Positions 28,815-40,820 of a stretch of DNA of 64,000 nucleotides are shown in pieces. The notes beneath the pieces are model-generated. The model was given only the letters and a program-made list of their open reading frames with translations. It was not told the origin of the DNA and did no database searches. Position 1 is the stretch's first letter. Each line of letters starts with the position of its first letter. A program made the position numbers and the translations under genes. The stretch is from the NCBI GenBank assembly GCA_963754315.1, contig CAVWFS010000007.1:96001-160000 (forward strand), written 5' to 3'. Source of the stretch: an uncultured Candidatus Rokubacteria bacterium (lineage in GTDB: Bacteria > Methylomirabilota > Methylomirabilia > Rokubacteriales > CSP1-6).

Positions 28815-29726
28815 TCAGCGGATGGGGGCTGGCCCGCTCCCCTCCTGGGACGCCTCGGTCAACAACGCGACGAAGCGGGCCGCGGTCGGCGTGAGCGGCC
28901 TCTGCCGGCGGTGGATGATCCCCACCGGGCGCACGAGATCGGGGATGTCCATGGTGGCGGCGGCCAGCACCCGGATCCCCACCTCCTTCTGGACCGTGTG
29001 ATGAGGGAGCACGCTGACTCCGGCGGCGATGATGATGGCCTGTTTGATGGTCTCGATGTTGTCGAACTGCATCACGACGTTGACCCGGACGTTGTGCTGC
29101 CGCAACGTCCGGTCGATGGCCCGGCGAATGGTGAGCCCGGGATCGAAGGCCACAAAGTTCTCCCCGTTCAGCTCGGCGGGAGCCACGAGCCGCCGCCGAG
29201 CCAGCCGGTGTTGGGGGTGACAGACGAAGACCATCGGTTCCGCGCGCAGGGGCACCACGGAGAGGGCTCGCTCGGCGGGCGGATAGGACATGATTCCGAC
29301 GTCGACCTCGCCGCTGAGGACGGCCTCCACCACCTTGTGGGGATGCAGGCACTCGAGCTGGACACGCGCCTCGGGATAGAGGGACATGAACCGCTGCATG
29401 TGGCGGCTCACATCGTGCAGTCCCACCGAGTAGATGGCGGCCACGCGCACCGTGCCCGCCACTCGCTCCTTCACGGCGGCTACCTCGGACTTGGCCTTGT
29501 CCCACATCTCGAGCAGCCCCTGGCAGGTCCGGTAGAAGGCCTGTCCCTCCGGCGTGACCACGAAGGGTCGCTTCGTCCGGTCGATGAGGGCGACACCGAG
29601 CGTCGTCTCGAGGTGTTGCACGGCTTGGCTGGCCGCGGACTGCGACACGAAGTTTTGCTCTGCCCCGCGCGAGAAGCTCTGAAGCCGGACGATGTCACAG
29701 TACAGCCGCAGAGTTTCCAGGTGCAT
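28815..29726 (-). CDS. LysR family transcriptional regulator, divergent from gltBD
   Basis: SFSRGAEQNFVSQSAASQAVQHLE HTH plus LysR substrate-binding domain. Confidence 0.95.
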   Translation of the reverse strand: MHLETLRLYCDIVRLQSFSRGAEQNFVSQSAASQAVQHLETTLGVALIDRTKRPFVVTPEGQAFYRTCQGLLEMWDKAKSEVAAVKERVAGTVRVAAIYSVGLHDVSRHMQRFMSLYPEARVQLECLHPHKVVEAVLSGEVDVGIMSYPPAERALSVVPLRAEPMVFVCHPQHRLARRRLVAPAELNGENFVAFDPGLTIRRAIDRTLRQHNVRVNVVMQFDNIETIKQAIIIAAGVSVLPHHTVQKEVGIRVLAAATMDIPDLVRPVGIIHRRQRPLTPTAARFVALLTEASQEGSGPAPIR

Positions 29727-29739
29727 CGAAGGTCTCCAA

Positions 29740-29756
29740 TATTAGTTAATCTAATA
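29740..29756. promoter_or_regulatory. LysR-type operator (T-N11-A dyad)
   Basis: TATTAG-TTAAT-CTAATA perfect dyad in the AT-rich lysR-gltB spacer. Confidence 0.75.
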
Positions 29757-29837
29757 CATACCATACGACTTTTCAGGGGTGACTAATAATCATGCTTCGC
29801 GTAGTATCGTGCAACTGTTCACAAAGGGGTGCGCGTC

Positions 29838-32800
29838 ATGAAGGAGCAGCGACCACTCGCCCAGGGCCTGTACGATCCGCGGCACGAGCACGACGCGTGC
29901 GGCGTGGGGTTCGTGGTGAACATCAGGGGCGAGAAGTCGCACGCGATTGTGGAGAAAGCGTTGCAGGTTCTCTGCAATCTCTTGCACCGTGGTGCCTGCG
30001 GGTGTGAGCCGAACACCGGGGACGGGGCCGGTATCCTCGTGCAGCTCCCCGACCGCTTCCTGCGCAAGGTGACCAGCGCCCTCGGCATCGTTCTGCCCCC
30101 CCTCGGCCACTACGGGGCGGGCCTCGTGTTCTTGCCGCACGATCCGCTCGAGCGCTCGCGGCTGGAGACGCTTCTGGGCGACATCGTCGTCCAGGAGGGA
30201 CAACGGCTGCTCGGCTGGCGCGACGTGCCGACCGACGACCGTCTGCTGGGCGCCAGCGCCCGGGCCGTCGAGCCGCGCATCCGGCAGGTTTTCATCGGAC
30301 GCGGCGCGGCCGTGAGTGACCAGGCTCACTTCGAGCGCAAGCTCTATGTGATCCGCAAGCGGGTGGAAGCCGGCGTGCTGGCTCTGGACGGCGGCTCCCG
30401 AACGGCCTTCTACATCCCGAGCCTGTCGTCGCGCACGCTCATCTACAAGGGCATGCTCTCGGCCGACCAGATCGAGACCATGTATCCAGATCTCCTCGAC
30501 GCGGACCTGGAATCGGCGCTGGCTCTCGTCCACCAACGATTCAGCACCAACACGTTTCCGTCGTGGCCCCTTGCCCACCCCTACCGGTACATTGCCCACA
30601 ACGGCGAGATCAATACGCTGCGGGGCAACATCAACTGGATGCGGGCGCGCGAGGCGCTGTGCCAGTCAGATCTGCTCGGGGAGGATCTGGCCAAGGTCCT
30701 GCCGGTGACGCGGGAGGCGCTTTCGGACTCGGCCACCTTCGACAACGTGCTCGAGTTCCTCGTGATGAACGGCCGCTCGCTGCCGCACGCCATCCTCATG
30801 ATGATTCCCGAACCCTGGCAGCACCACGAGAGCATGAGCGCGGAGCGGAAGGCGTTCTACGAATACCATGCGTCGCTCATGGAGCCGTGGGATGGGCCGG
30901 CCTCCATCGCGTTCACCGACGGCACCGTAATTGGGGCCGTGCTCGATCGCAACGGGCTACGTCCCTCGCGTTACTACGTCACCAAGGACGACCTCGTCAT
31001 CATGGCCTCCGAGGTCGGCGTCCTCGACATACCCCCCGAGAACATCCGGGTGAAGGAGCGGCTACACCCGGGGCGTATCTTCCTCGTCGACACCGGTCAG
31101 GGGCGCATCATCGACGATGAGGAGATCAAGCGCGAGCTGGCCGCCCAGTACCCCTACGCGCAGTGGCTGCGCCAGCACCAAGTGAGCCTGGCCGACCTCC
31201 CCGCCCATCCGGAGCCCGATCCCGAGCAACCGGCCGTGCTCACCCGACAGATCGCTTTCGGCTACACGCACGAGGACGTCCGCATCCTGCTCGCGCCCAT
31301 GGGCCATGGTGGTGAGGAGCCCATCGGTTCGATGGGCACCGATACCTCGCTGGCTGTCCTCTCGAACCGGCCACGGCTGCTGTACGACTACTTCAAACAG
31401 CTCTTCGCCCAGGTCACCAATCCCCCTCTCGATCAGATTCGCGAGGAGCTGGTGACGGCCATGGAGTCTACGGTAGGGCCCGAGCGCAACCTCCTCAAGC
31501 CCGAACCGGAATCGTGCCGCCAGATCGTGCTCCCCGATCCCGTGCTGAGCAACGACGAGCTGGCCAAAGTGCGGCACGTCGTGCTCCCCGACTTCAAGGC
31601 GAAGACCCTGCCGATGCTCTACCACGCCGCGGCGGGAGCGGCGGCCCTCGAGCGAGCGTTGGCGGACATGCAACAGGGTGCCAGCCAAGCCGTCGCCGAG
31701 GGCTACAACATCCTGATCCTCTCCGATCGCGGCATCGACCGCGACCACGCCGCCATTCCGAGCCTCCTGGCCACGGCGGCGGTGCACCATCACCTCGTGC
31801 GCGAGGGCAGCCGCACGCGCTGCGGCCTGATCGTCGAGACCGGTGACGCCCGGGAAGTCCACCACATGTGCCTGCTCATCGGCTACGGGGCCGGGGCCGT
31901 GAATCCCTGGGTGGCGTTCGAGACCCTCCACGTCATGATCCGCCAGGGGATCCTGACCGGGGTCGACCATGCAAAGGCGGTCCGGAATTACATCAAAGCC
32001 CTCAACAAGGGCATCCTGAAAGTGATGGCCAAGATGGGGATCTCCACCCTGCAGAGCTACTGCGGGGCCCAGATCTTCGAGGCCATTGGTCTCAATCGGG
32101 ATGTGGTCGACCGGTACTTTACGGGCACCGCCTCCCGCGTCTCGGGCATCGGCCTCGATGTGCTGGCTCACGAGGCGTGTCGGCGGCATGCCGACGCCTT
32201 TCCCGACCGTCCCGTCGGCGAGCAGGACCTCGACTGGGGCGGCGAGTATCAGTGGCGCCGGGACGGCGAGCACCACATGGTCAATCCCGACATGATCGGC
32301 AAACTCCAGCACGCCACCCGTAGCGGCAGCTATACCCTGTTCCGTGACTACACACGGATCTGCGACGACCAGAGCCGGGCCCTGGCCACTCTGCGCGGGC
32401 TCATCGATCTGAAACTGGCGCCCCAACCGATTCCCCTCGAGGAAGTCGAGCCTGTCGAGTCGATCGTTCGCCGCTTTGCCACCGGGGCCATGTCCTATGG
32501 CTCGATCAGCCAGGAGGCCCATGAGACCTTGGCCATCGCCATGAACCGCATCGGCGGCCGGTCCAACACCGGCGAAGGCGGCGAGGACGCGGCCCGCTAT
32601 CAGCCCGATCCCAACGGCGATTGGCGCCGGAGCGCGGTGAAGCAAGTCGCCTCGGGCCGATTCGGGGTCACCAGCGAGTACCTGGTCAACGCGAGCGATC
32701 TGCAGATCAAGATGGCGCAGGGGGCCAAGCCGGGCGAGGGCGGCCAGTTGCCAGGCCCCAAGGTCTACCCCTGGATCGCCAAGGTGCGCTTCGCGACTCC

Positions 32801-34400
32801 GGGTGTGGGGCTCATTTCGCCTCCCCCTCACCACGATATCTACTCGATCGAGGACATCAAGCAGCTCATCCACGATCTCAAGAACGCCAACCCCCAGGCA
32901 CGCGTGCACGTCAAACTCGTGGCGGAGATCGGCGTGGGAACGGTGGCGGCCGGGGTGGCCAAGGCCTTCTCGGACGTCGTTCTCATCTCCGGGCATGACG
33001 GTGGCACGGGCGCCTCGCCTCTCACGTCGATCAAGCACGGCGGCGGCCCCTGGGAGCTCGGTCTGGCCGAGACTCAGCAGGTGCTCGTGCTCAACAAATT
33101 GCGCGATCGGATCGTTGTCCAGGTCGACGGTCAGCTGAAGACAGGGCGCGACGTCGTCATCGCCGCCCTGCTTGGCGCCGAGGAGTTCGGTTTCTCCACG
33201 GCGCCGTTGGTGGTGCTCGGCTGCATCATGATGCGCGTGTGCCACCTGAATACGTGTCCGGTAGGCATCGCCACCCAGAATCCCGAGCTGCGCAAGCGGT
33301 TCGCGGGCCAGGCCGAGCACGTCGTGAACTTCTTCCACTTCCTGGCGCGCGAGGTGCGGGAGTCCATGGCGGCCCTGGGCTTCCGGACCATGGACGAGAT
33401 GATCGGGCGGGTCGACCGGCTCGATTTCAAGCCGGCCCTCGAGCACTGGAAGGCCCACGGGCTCGATCTGTCGGCGATTCTGCATCAGCCCGACATGCCG
33501 CCGGAAGTGGCTCGGCGGTGTGTACGGCCGCAGGATCACGGCCTCGAGCAGGCGCTCGACACGACCACCCTGATCCCCGCCTGCCGGAGCGCTCTCGAGG
33601 AGCGTCAGCGGGTGGAACTGCGGCTTCCCATTCGGAACACCAACCGGACCGTGGGTACCACCTTGGGGTACGAGCTGACACGACGCTGGGGCGGGGAAGG
33701 TCTTCCCGACGATACCATTCGGATTTACTTCTCGGGCTCGGCCGGCCAGAGCTTCGGTGCCTTCGTGCCGAAGGGCATCACCTTGAGCCTCGAGGGCGAC
33801 GCGAACGACTACTGGGGCAAGGGCCTCTCGGGCGGCAAGCTGATGGTGTTCCCACCGCGAACGTCGACCTTCAAGCCCGAGGAGAACATCATCATCGGCA
33901 ATGTCGCCCTCTACGGTGCCACTAGCGGCGAGGCGTATGTGCGCGGTGTGGCCGGCGAGCGTTTCGGTGTCCGCAACAGTGGCGTTCTGGCCGTGGTCGA
34001 GGGCGTGGGGGACCACGGCTGCGAATACATGACGGGAGGACGGGTCGTGGTCCTCGGCCATGCTGGCCGCAATTTCGCAGCCGGGATGTCGGGCGGCGTC
34101 GCCTACGTCCTCGACATCGATGGTGATTTCAAGACCCGCTGCAACCTGGGCATGGTGGACCTCGAGGCCCTCGATCAGGCGGCCGACATCCAGCTCGTCC
34201 GGGATCTGGTCCAGCGCCACGTCGAGGTGACCGGATCCACCTACGCCGCTGGGATCCTCGCCGGCTGGCGAGACGTGCAGCCGCGCTTCGTCAAGATCAT
34301 GCCGCGCGACTACAAGCGGGTCCTCCTCGCCGAGGCGCATGCCCGGGCCGAGGGGCGGGAGCCGACCTTTGCCGAGCTGGTGGGATCGGCCGGTGGGTAA
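29838..34400 (+). CDS. gltB: Glutamate synthase large subunit
   Basis: HDACGVGF (Ntn Cys), [43 protein letters not shown] domain. Confidence 0.98.
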   Translation: MKEQRPLAQGLYDPRHEHDACGVGFVVNIRGEKSHAIVEKALQVLCNLLHRGACGCEPNTGDGAGILVQLPDRFLRKVTSALGIVLPPLGHYGAGLVFLPHDPLERSRLETLLGDIVVQEGQRLLGWRDVPTDDRLLGASARAVEPRIRQVFIGRGAAVSDQAHFERKLYVIRKRVEAGVLALDGGSRTAFYIPSLSSRTLIYKGMLSADQIETMYPDLLDADLESALALVHQRFSTNTFPSWPLAHPYRYIAHNGEINTLRGNINWMRAREALCQSDLLGEDLAKVLPVTREALSDSATFDNVLEFLVMNGRSLPHAILMMIPEPWQHHESMSAERKAFYEYHASLMEPWDGPASIAFTDGTVIGAVLDRNGLRPSRYYVTKDDLVIMASEVGVLDIPPENIRVKERLHPGRIFLVDTGQGRIIDDEEIKRELAAQYPYAQWLRQHQVSLADLPAHPEPDPEQPAVLTRQIAFGYTHEDVRILLAPMGHGGEEPIGSMGTDTSLAVLSNRPRLLYDYFKQLFAQVTNPPLDQIREELVTAMESTVGPERNLLKPEPESCRQIVLPDPVLSNDELAKVRHVVLPDFKAKTLPMLYHAAAGAAALERALADMQQGASQAVAEGYNILILSDRGIDRDHAAIPSLLATAAVHHHLVREGSRTRCGLIVETGDAREVHHMCLLIGYGAGAVNPWVAFETLHVMIRQGILTGVDHAKAVRNYIKALNKGILKVMAKMGISTLQSYCGAQIFEAIGLNRDVVDRYFTGTASRVSGIGLDVLAHEACRRHADAFPDRPVGEQDLDWGGEYQWRRDGEHHMVNPDMIGKLQHATRSGSYTLFRDYTRICDDQSRALATLRGLIDLKLAPQPIPLEEVEPVESIVRRFATGAMSYGSISQEAHETLAIAMNRIGGRSNTGEGGEDAARYQPDPNGDWRRSAVKQVASGRFGVTSEYLVNASDLQIKMAQGAKPGEGGQLPGPKVYPWIAKVRFATPGVGLISPPPHHDIYSIEDIKQLIHDLKNANPQARVHVKLVAEIGVGTVAAGVAKAFSDVVLISGHDGGTGASPLTSIKHGGGPWELGLAETQQVLVLNKLRDRIVVQVDGQLKTGRDVVIAALLGAEEFGFSTAPLVVLGCIMMRVCHLNTCPVGIATQNPELRKRFAGQAEHVVNFFHFLAREVRESMAALGFRTMDEMIGRVDRLDFKPALEHWKAHGLDLSAILHQPDMPPEVARRCVRPQDHGLEQALDTTTLIPACRSALEERQRVELRLPIRNTNRTVGTTLGYELTRRWGGEGLPDDTIRIYFSGSAGQSFGAFVPKGITLSLEGDANDYWGKGLSGGKLMVFPPRTSTFKPEENIIIGNVALYGATSGEAYVRGVAGERFGVRNSGVLAVVEGVGDHGCEYMTGGRVVVLGHAGRNFAAGMSGGVAYVLDIDGDFKTRCNLGMVDLEALDQAADIQLVRDLVQRHVEVTGSTYAAGILAGWRDVQPRFVKIMPRDYKRVLLAEAHARAEGREPTFAELVGSAGG

Positions 34401-35841
34401 GATCACCGGCTTTCTGGAGATCCAGCGCAAGAAACCGCCTGCCCGCCCGGTGGGAGAGCGCCTGCGCGACTGGCATGAGGTCTACCTCCCCTACCCGACC
34501 GAGGAGCTCCAGAAGCAAGCGGCGCGCTGCATGGATTGCGGCATCCCCTTCTGTCATGGGGGCTGCCCGCTCGGCAACATCATCCCCGACTGGAACGACC
34601 TCGTCTATCGCGACCGCTGGCACGACGCCATCGAGCGCCTGCACGCGACCAACAACTTTCCCGAGTGGACAGGACGTCTCTGTCCGGCGCCGTGCGAGGG
34701 CGCTTGTGTCCTCGGGATCAACGACGATCCGGTGACCATCAAGGGGGTCGAGCTCCAGATCATCGAGCATGCCTTCGCGGCCGGCTGGATCGCGCCGGAT
34801 CCGCCACGAGTTCGCACCGGTAAGCGGGTGGTGGTGGTGGGCTCGGGCCCGGCCGGGCTGGCGTGCGCTCAGCAGCTCAACCGCGCCGGCCACTGGGTCC
34901 TGGTCCTCGAGCGCGCCGATCGGATCGGGGGGCTCATGCGCTACGGCATCCCCGAGTTCAAGATGGAGAAGCGCTTTCTCGAGCGGCGCCTGCAGATCAT
35001 GGAGAAGGAAGGCATCGTCTTCCAGACGAACGCCCACGTCGGCGTTGACCTGCCGGTGCGTGATCTGCGTCGTGACTTCGACGCGATCGTGCTGGCGGGC
35101 GGAGCTTGCCAGCCGCGCGACCTGCCTGTCCCCGGACGCGAGCTCACGGGTATTCACTTCGCCATGGAGTACCTGACCTTGCAGAATCGGCGCTGCGAGG
35201 GCGACACTGTTCGCGACGACGGCTTCATCACGGCCGCCGGCAAGCGGGTCGTGATCATCGGGGGCGGTGACACGGGCGCCGACTGCCTCGGGACCGTCCA
35301 TCGTCAAGGCGCCCGCTCTGTTCACCAGTTCGAGCTGTTGCCCCGCCCCCCTGAGACGCGGGCCCCCACCAATCCCTGGCCGGAATGGCCAAACATCTTT
35401 CGCGTCTCGTCGGCCCACGAGGAGGGCGGCGAGCGGGTCTACGCGGTATCTACCCAGCGTTTCACGGGCGACGCCGGTGGGCACGTGCGACAACTCGAAG
35501 CCGTCACCGTGGAAATGGTGCGCGACGGAGGCCGCCTCGACTTCCGTCCAGTAGCCGGTACGGAGTTCACCCTGGAGGCTGACCTCGTCTTGCTGGCGAT
35601 GGGATTCTCGGGGCCGGAGCGCCCCGGGATGCTCACCGACCTCGGGGTGAGGCTGACTGAGCGAGGCAATGTCTGGCGTGACGAGGGCTGGATGACGAGC
35701 GTGCTGGGTGTCTTCACCTGTGGCGACATGCAGCGAGGCCAGTCGCTCATCGTGTGGGCCATCGCCGAGGGGCGATCCTGCGCGCGGGGCGTCGACACCT
35801 ATCTCATGGGTACGTCTGACTTGCAGACTCCCCTGGCCTGA
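34393..35841 (+). CDS. gltD: Glutamate synthase small subunit
   Basis: MGKITGF start (GTG 34393), [44 protein letters not shown]. Confidence 0.97.
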   Translation: MGKITGFLEIQRKKPPARPVGERLRDWHEVYLPYPTEELQKQAARCMDCGIPFCHGGCPLGNIIPDWNDLVYRDRWHDAIERLHATNNFPEWTGRLCPAPCEGACVLGINDDPVTIKGVELQIIEHAFAAGWIAPDPPRVRTGKRVVVVGSGPAGLACAQQLNRAGHWVLVLERADRIGGLMRYGIPEFKMEKRFLERRLQIMEKEGIVFQTNAHVGVDLPVRDLRRDFDAIVLAGGACQPRDLPVPGRELTGIHFAMEYLTLQNRRCEGDTVRDDGFITAAGKRVVIIGGGDTGADCLGTVHRQGARSVHQFELLPRPPETRAPTNPWPEWPNIFRVSSAHEEGGERVYAVSTQRFTGDAGGHVRQLEAVTVEMVRDGGRLDFRPVAGTEFTLEADLVLLAMGFSGPERPGMLTDLGVRLTERGNVWRDEGWMTSVLGVFTCGDMQRGQSLIVWAIAEGRSCARGVDTYLMGTSDLQTPLA

Positions 35842-35847
35842 GCCGCC

Positions 35848-36345
35848 GTGGCCCTCACTCGGCCCGAGCGTGAACGTCTGATCGCCCGCTACGCCGCGGG
35901 TCCGGCCCTACTCCGCGCAGCCTTCGCCGGCGTCCCCGATCCCGTCCGCCAGTGGCGCCCGGCCCCGGGCGAATGGTCGGCCCACGAGGTCGTATGTCAC
36001 TGCGCGGACTCGGAGAGTAATGCCGCCCTTCGCATTCGCTATCTCGTGGTGGAGGCCCAGCCGGTGATCCTCGGTTACGACGAGAACGCATGGGCACGTG
36101 TGCTGGACTATCATCGCCATCCGGTCCCCATGGCGCTGGCTACGGTGGAGGCGGTCCGGGCCAACACTGTCCCCTTGCTGCGTGCGCTGCCCGAGGACGC
36201 CTGGGCGAAGGAAGGGCGCCACACCGAGTCCGGCCGCTACACGGCCGAGGACTGGCTGGGCATCTACGCCGAACACCTAGAAAATCATGCCCGCCAAATC
36301 GAGCACAACCTTGCCGCCTGGCACGCCAGCCTAGGGCAGAGGTAA
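35848..36345 (+). CDS. DinB/YfiT family protein
   Basis: WRPAPGEWSAHEVVCHCADSE and EHLENHARQI His motifs. Confidence 0.88.
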   Translation: MALTRPERERLIARYAAGPALLRAAFAGVPDPVRQWRPAPGEWSAHEVVCHCADSESNAALRIRYLVVEAQPVILGYDENAWARVLDYHRHPVPMALATVEAVRANTVPLLRALPEDAWAKEGRHTESGRYTAEDWLGIYAEHLENHARQIEHNLAAWHASLGQR

Positions 36346-36431
36346 GCGACCCGAGTTCCCCGAGCCGTGACGAACGCTGGGGGGGTAGAGGAGCGGCCCG
36401 GGTTCCCCGGGCCGTGACGAACGCTGGGGGG
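36345..36431. repeat. Two 40-bp imperfect direct repeats, each containing a hairpin
   Basis: 36345-36384 and 36392-36431 match at 37/40 positions; core CGGCCCGGG-TTC-CCCGGGCCG. Confidence 0.9.
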
Positions 36432-36460
36432 ATTGGGGGGCCATTTCGGGGCCCCCCAAT
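36432..36460. terminator. GC-rich hairpin between convergent genes (terminator or REP-like)
   Basis: ATTGGGGGGCC-ATTTCGG-GGCCCCCCAAT, 11-bp perfect stem; no long U-tract. Confidence 0.6.
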
Positions 36461-36472
36461 AATATGGACGGC

Positions 36473-37183
36473 CTATCGGCCAGGACTCTGCCAGAGGACG
36501 TGGCCGACGAAGAAGGGCCCGAGAGACTGTAGGTATTGCGACGTCTGCGCGGTCTTGCGCATGGCTTGGACGAGGTGGGACAGCGGGTGGAGCTCCCGGC
36601 CGATGAGCCCGATGACGAAGTCGTTGTCGTTGACGTCCAGCCCGTGGCAAGCCAGACGAACGTCGTGGGCAAGGTCGGCATCACCATAGGCGCGCCCGAG
36701 GACGCTGTGCTCGCGGATGACCGATCCCTGCTCCTGCGGCGACAACCGCGCGAAGGCGCCGACCCTGCGCAGCGGATACCACACACTCCACGGCCAGGCC
36801 GGATTCAACACCGTGCGTCGCGGCCGCCGGAGCAGCCAGTCCTCCAGATCCGCTTCGAACCCGGAGGCGTACGTTCGGCCGAGCATCGTGAATTGTGGCC
36901 GTGGCACCAGGCCGACGAAGGGATCTGCGTTCAGCAGCTCGCGGCTCTCGCGCACGTAGACGGCCGGATCCTCGGCTAGAGTCAGGACTCCGATACCACG
37001 CGGATCGTTCACGTCCTGGTAGAGCGCGGCCTCGAGTCGGCTGGCCTCGAATGCCCGCACCAGCGGCTTCGGGTCCACGCACCCACTGAATACCTGAAGC
37101 TGCATGAACAGCCTTCGATCGGCAGTTCCCCCCTGGGCGCCGTGTTCGCGGACGTCGACCCTGGTCTCGTCGGCCGAGCTCAC
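36473..37183 (-). CDS. Chlorite dismutase / coproheme decarboxylase (HemQ/ChdC) family protein
   Basis: WYPLRR, IREHSVLGRAY (proximal His), HGLDVNDNDFVIG, MRKT...GPFFVG; start trimmed to GTG 37183. Confidence 0.85.
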   Translation of the reverse strand: MSSADETRVDVREHGAQGGTADRRLFMQLQVFSGCVDPKPLVRAFEASRLEAALYQDVNDPRGIGVLTLAEDPAVYVRESRELLNADPFVGLVPRPQFTMLGRTYASGFEADLEDWLLRRPRRTVLNPAWPWSVWYPLRRVGAFARLSPQEQGSVIREHSVLGRAYGDADLAHDVRLACHGLDVNDNDFVIGLIGRELHPLSHLVQAMRKTAQTSQYLQSLGPFFVGHVLWQSPGR

Positions 37184-37184
37184 C

Positions 37185-38210
37185 CTAGCCTCCCCGTGTG
37201 TGCATTTCCAGGTGAGGATCTTCACGAAGGCGCCCGACCTGGATGAGGGGTGACCGATCGCGGAGCCGGAGCCGCTCCTCGGCGCCGCGATCCTGACGGG
37301 CCTTCCACGCCGGCGCGATCAGGGCCTTGAGCGCGGTGTGGGTGGCCCCTTGCCGTAAGGGACCTCGCAGATCAGTGCCATCCTGCGCATAGAGGCAGCG
37401 GTACCAGATCCCGTCTGCGGTGAGGCGACTGCGGTCACAGGTAGCGCAAAAAGGCGCCGTGGTCGAGGCAATGATACCGAACACCGTCCCATCGGGCAGC
37501 CGGTAGCGGTCGGCCGGGGCACTGCTCTTCTCGCCGAGGGGTTCCACGCCGCCATAGCGGCGCTCGAGAATGGCGAGCATTTCTCCTCGGCTCACCACCT
37601 TGTCCATCGACCAGCGCGTGGCCCCGCCGACGTCCATGTATTCGATAAAGCGGACCTCGGCGGCGATGGTGCGTCCGAACTCGATGAGCGCGGACAGCTC
37701 GTCCTCGTTGGTGCCCCGCATGACCACGGTGTCGATCTTCGTGCCGGTAAAGCCAGCCGCCCCGAGGGCGGCCAGACCTTCCAGAACCTTGGCGTGCGTG
37801 CTCCGTCGCGTCAGCGCCACGAAGCGATCGGGCCGCAGCGTATCGAGACTCACGGTGACCCGGTGGAGGCCGGCCGCCCGGAGCGCCGGTGCCTGCTCCG
37901 CGAGGAGGACGCCGTTGGTGGTGAGAGCCAGATCGCGCAGCCCAGAGCGTGCGGCGAGGAGACGCACCAGTTGATCCAGATGCCGCCGCAGGAGAGGCTC
38001 ACCACCGGTGAGCCGAACCTTGTCCACCCCGAGCTCGATGAAGACGTCTACCAGGGTGGCAATCTCTTCGAAGTGCAAGATCTCCTCGCGCGGCAACCAG
38101 CGATAGTCCTCCTCTGGCATGCAGTACTGGCAGCGCAGGTTGCACCGATCCGTGACCGAGACCCGCAGGTTCCGCAGGGGTCGGCCGAAGGTGTCACGCA
38201 GGACACTCAT
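37185..38210 (-). CDS. moaA: GTP 3',8-cyclase MoaA
   Basis: [40 protein letters not shown]-terminal GG. Confidence 0.97.
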   Translation of the reverse strand: MSVLRDTFGRPLRNLRVSVTDRCNLRCQYCMPEEDYRWLPREEILHFEEIATLVDVFIELGVDKVRLTGGEPLLRRHLDQLVRLLAARSGLRDLALTTNGVLLAEQAPALRAAGLHRVTVSLDTLRPDRFVALTRRSTHAKVLEGLAALGAAGFTGTKIDTVVMRGTNEDELSALIEFGRTIAAEVRFIEYMDVGGATRWSMDKVVSRGEMLAILERRYGGVEPLGEKSSAPADRYRLPDGTVFGIIASTTAPFCATCDRSRLTADGIWYRCLYAQDGTDLRGPLRQGATHTALKALIAPAWKARQDRGAEERLRLRDRSPLIQVGRLREDPHLEMHTRGG

Positions 38211-39907
38211 CGTGCCACCGTCTCCTGCCCTTCTTCAGCCAGTGCGAGCTGCCACTCCCGGATGAGCGTGGCTTTCCAGACGCGTACGTGAAAGTGGTCC
38301 CACGGCATCCGTTCGTCGACCGGACGGACTCGTGTCGTGTAGAAGGCTGGATCCCCAGGCCACTCCCTGAGCGCGCGCCGCCAGTCGCCGTCCAGCGTCG
38401 CCGCCCGCTCGAGAAAATCCGCCACGCGCCGGTCGCCGCGGGCGAGGAGAGCCTGGAGAAACGCCTCGCGCGGATTCTCGTGGAGGACCCGCACGTTGGA
38501 AAAGCCGCGGACACCACGCTTGATGATGTCGAGCTTGTCCTCGAGCGAAGACGTTCCGTCAAAGGGGGCCCACTGGAACGGCGTCCACGGCTTGGGAACG
38601 AACGAAGAGATCGAGAGCGTGAGACGTCCGAACGGTTTACCCGCCGGATCGAGGACGCGCAAACGCTCCAAGAGCCGCGCGGCCAAGCGAGGAATTGCCT
38701 CCACGTCTTCTCGGGTCTCCGTCGGCTGACCGATCATGAAGTAGCACTTGAGATGTGGGATCCCGTGGCGACGGATCATGTCGCAGGCGGTGTAGAGCTG
38801 CTCGTCGCTGATCTCCTTACGGATGGCACGCCGCAGCCGCTCCGTGCCCGCCTCCGGTGCCACCGTCAAGGTGCGGTGTCCGCCCCGGGCCAGGGACGCA
38901 ACGAGCTCTTCGGTAAGGCTGTCGGCGCGCAGAGAGGAGATGGACAGTTCCATGCCTGACTGCTCGACGACTTCCAGAAGGCTACCGATCCATGGATAGT
39001 CGGAGACACAGGCACCGACGAGGCCCAACCGCGAGGAGTCCTTGGCCAGCGCCGTAACCGTTTCCTTCAGCGCGGGCACGCTCCGGTGGCGGACCGGTCG
39101 GTAGACCTGTCCCTCGAGACAGAAGCGGCATCCTCGTCCGCAGCCCTTCCCTACCTCCAGGAGGGCCATGTGACCGTACTCGGCGTTGGGCGTGCGCACG
39201 GGAGAGATCGTCTCGAATTCGTCCACCTGGCGCAGGCGGCGCTTGTGAATCAGGGCCGGCGCGCCATCGCGCGGCGTCACGGCGAGCAGACGACCGTCAC
39301 GGTGGTAGTCGACGGTGTACTTCTCTGGTACGTAGACGCCTTCCAGCGCGGTCACCGCGTCGAGAAACGCGTTGCGCTCGCCTCTGGCCCCCCGGTAGGC
39401 GGCGACGAGCTCGCCCACCAGCTCTTCGCCTTCGCCGACGGCCACCAGATCCATGAAGGGTGCCAACGGCTCCGGGTTGGAGAAGGCACAGACGCCCCCC
39501 ATCAGCACGAGCGGGTCGCGCGCGCCGCGCTCGGAGGCGCGTAAGGGAATACCGGCCAGCCGTAACAGGCGCAGCACGTTGATGTAGTCACCCTCGTAGG
39601 TGACCGAGAACCCAATCAGCTGAAAGTCGGCGAGCCGCCTCTGGGATTCCACTGAAAAGGGACTCGTCCGCGTTCGCACCAGCTCTTCGATGTCGGCTGC
39701 CTCGGGCAGAAAGGCGCGCTCACAGACGACGTCCGGCATACGGTTCAGGTGCGAGTAGATCGTCTGGAAGCCAAGGTTGGACATGCCCACCGCGTACGTG
39801 TTCGGATACACGAGGGCGATGGCGACGCGGCCCCCCCACTCCTTGTGGACAGTGCCGCGCTCCTGCGCGACGAGGGCCTGAGCTTTTTGCTTGAGCGACC
39901 AGGACAT
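38207..39907 (-). CDS. Radical SAM protein with B12-binding-like N-terminal domain (TIGR03960-like)
   Basis: [48 protein letters not shown]. Confidence 0.88.
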   Translation of the reverse strand: MSWSLKQKAQALVAQERGTVHKEWGGRVAIALVYPNTYAVGMSNLGFQTIYSHLNRMPDVVCERAFLPEAADIEELVRTRTSPFSVESQRRLADFQLIGFSVTYEGDYINVLRLLRLAGIPLRASERGARDPLVLMGGVCAFSNPEPLAPFMDLVAVGEGEELVGELVAAYRGARGERNAFLDAVTALEGVYVPEKYTVDYHRDGRLLAVTPRDGAPALIHKRRLRQVDEFETISPVRTPNAEYGHMALLEVGKGCGRGCRFCLEGQVYRPVRHRSVPALKETVTALAKDSSRLGLVGACVSDYPWIGSLLEVVEQSGMELSISSLRADSLTEELVASLARGGHRTLTVAPEAGTERLRRAIRKEISDEQLYTACDMIRRHGIPHLKCYFMIGQPTETREDVEAIPRLAARLLERLRVLDPAGKPFGRLTLSISSFVPKPWTPFQWAPFDGTSSLEDKLDIIKRGVRGFSNVRVLHENPREAFLQALLARGDRRVADFLERAATLDGDWRRALREWPGDPAFYTTRVRPVDERMPWDHFHVRVWKATLIREWQLALAEEGQETVAR

Positions 39908-39944
39908 ACAGGGTCAGTGTAGCATGTGCTGTCGGAGCGTCTCC

Positions 39945-40736
39945 TTAGCTGACCGCCAAGCGCTCGGCGCGGCGCTTCGACCAGGCGAGCCCCGCCACCG
40001 CGATCATCACGCCTACCACGCTGGCGAGCTGCGCCACTCGGAAGCCGCCTATCCAGAAGCTGTCGAGGCGAATCGCTTCGATCAGGAAGCGTCCGACGGA
40101 GTACAGGCCGATGTAGCTGAAGAACACCGTACCTGGACGCGCGCCATGCCGTGGACGCACGAAGGCCACGAGGATGACGAACACCGCGAGGTCCCACAGC
40201 GATTCGTAGAGAAAGGTGGGATGGAAGTACTCCTCCTTACCATAATTGAAGGGGCGGTGCGGCGGCGAGATGTAGAGCCTCCAGGGCAAGGAGGTTGGGA
40301 GCCCGAACGCCTCCTCGTTGAAGAAGTTTCCCCATCGCCCGATGGCCTGCCCGAGAGCCAGGCTTGGCGCGGCGACGTCGAGTGAGCGCAGTACCGGAAG
40401 CTTCCAGCGAGCGGCCAACCAGACACCCACCAGAATACCGACGAGGAGCCCGCCGTGAATGGCGAGCCCCCCCTCCCACACCGCAAAGATCTTGGACGGG
40501 TACTGCCCGTAGTAGTCCCAATTGAAAACAACCTCGTAGAGACGGGCGCCCACGAGGCCAGCCAGGATTGACCACTGCGCGACACTGATGATGTCGTCGG
40601 CTGGCAATCCTTCACGACGTCCCTGCCGGTGCGCCAGCCACAGCCCGACCACGATGGCCGTGGCCATGAGGATGCCGTACCATCGAATGACGATGGGGCC
40701 GATCTGCAAGGCGATAGCGCCGGGCGACGCGAACAT
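39945..40736 (-). CDS. lgt: Prolipoprotein diacylglyceryl transferase
   Basis: IRWYG, GARLYEV, GGLAIHGG, GRWGNFFNEE, HPTFLYES. Confidence 0.96.
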   Translation of the reverse strand: MFASPGAIALQIGPIVIRWYGILMATAIVVGLWLAHRQGRREGLPADDIISVAQWSILAGLVGARLYEVVFNWDYYGQYPSKIFAVWEGGLAIHGGLLVGILVGVWLAARWKLPVLRSLDVAAPSLALGQAIGRWGNFFNEEAFGLPTSLPWRLYISPPHRPFNYGKEEYFHPTFLYESLWDLAVFVILVAFVRPRHGARPGTVFFSYIGLYSVGRFLIEAIRLDSFWIGGFRVAQLASVVGVMIAVAGLAWSKRRAERLAVS

Positions 40737-40820
40737 GCTTGACGTAAGATAGCGTCTCGCCGCCCTTTCGTCCAATCGGGCGACGAGGTGCATCGTGGTC
40801 CGCGCAGCAGATCGTGGCCG

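Noticed and set aside
31062..34430. 1122-aa minus-strand ORF
   Set aside because: Antisense shadow of gltB caused by high-GC codon bias; no recognisable motifs. The same applies to other long antisense ORFs such as 24110..25687, 46590..48200, 51780..53345 and 56480..58069.
36345..36431. Hairpin direct repeats as a mini-CRISPR
   Set aside because: Only two copies separated by 7 nt, far too short for a spacer; no leader or cas genes.
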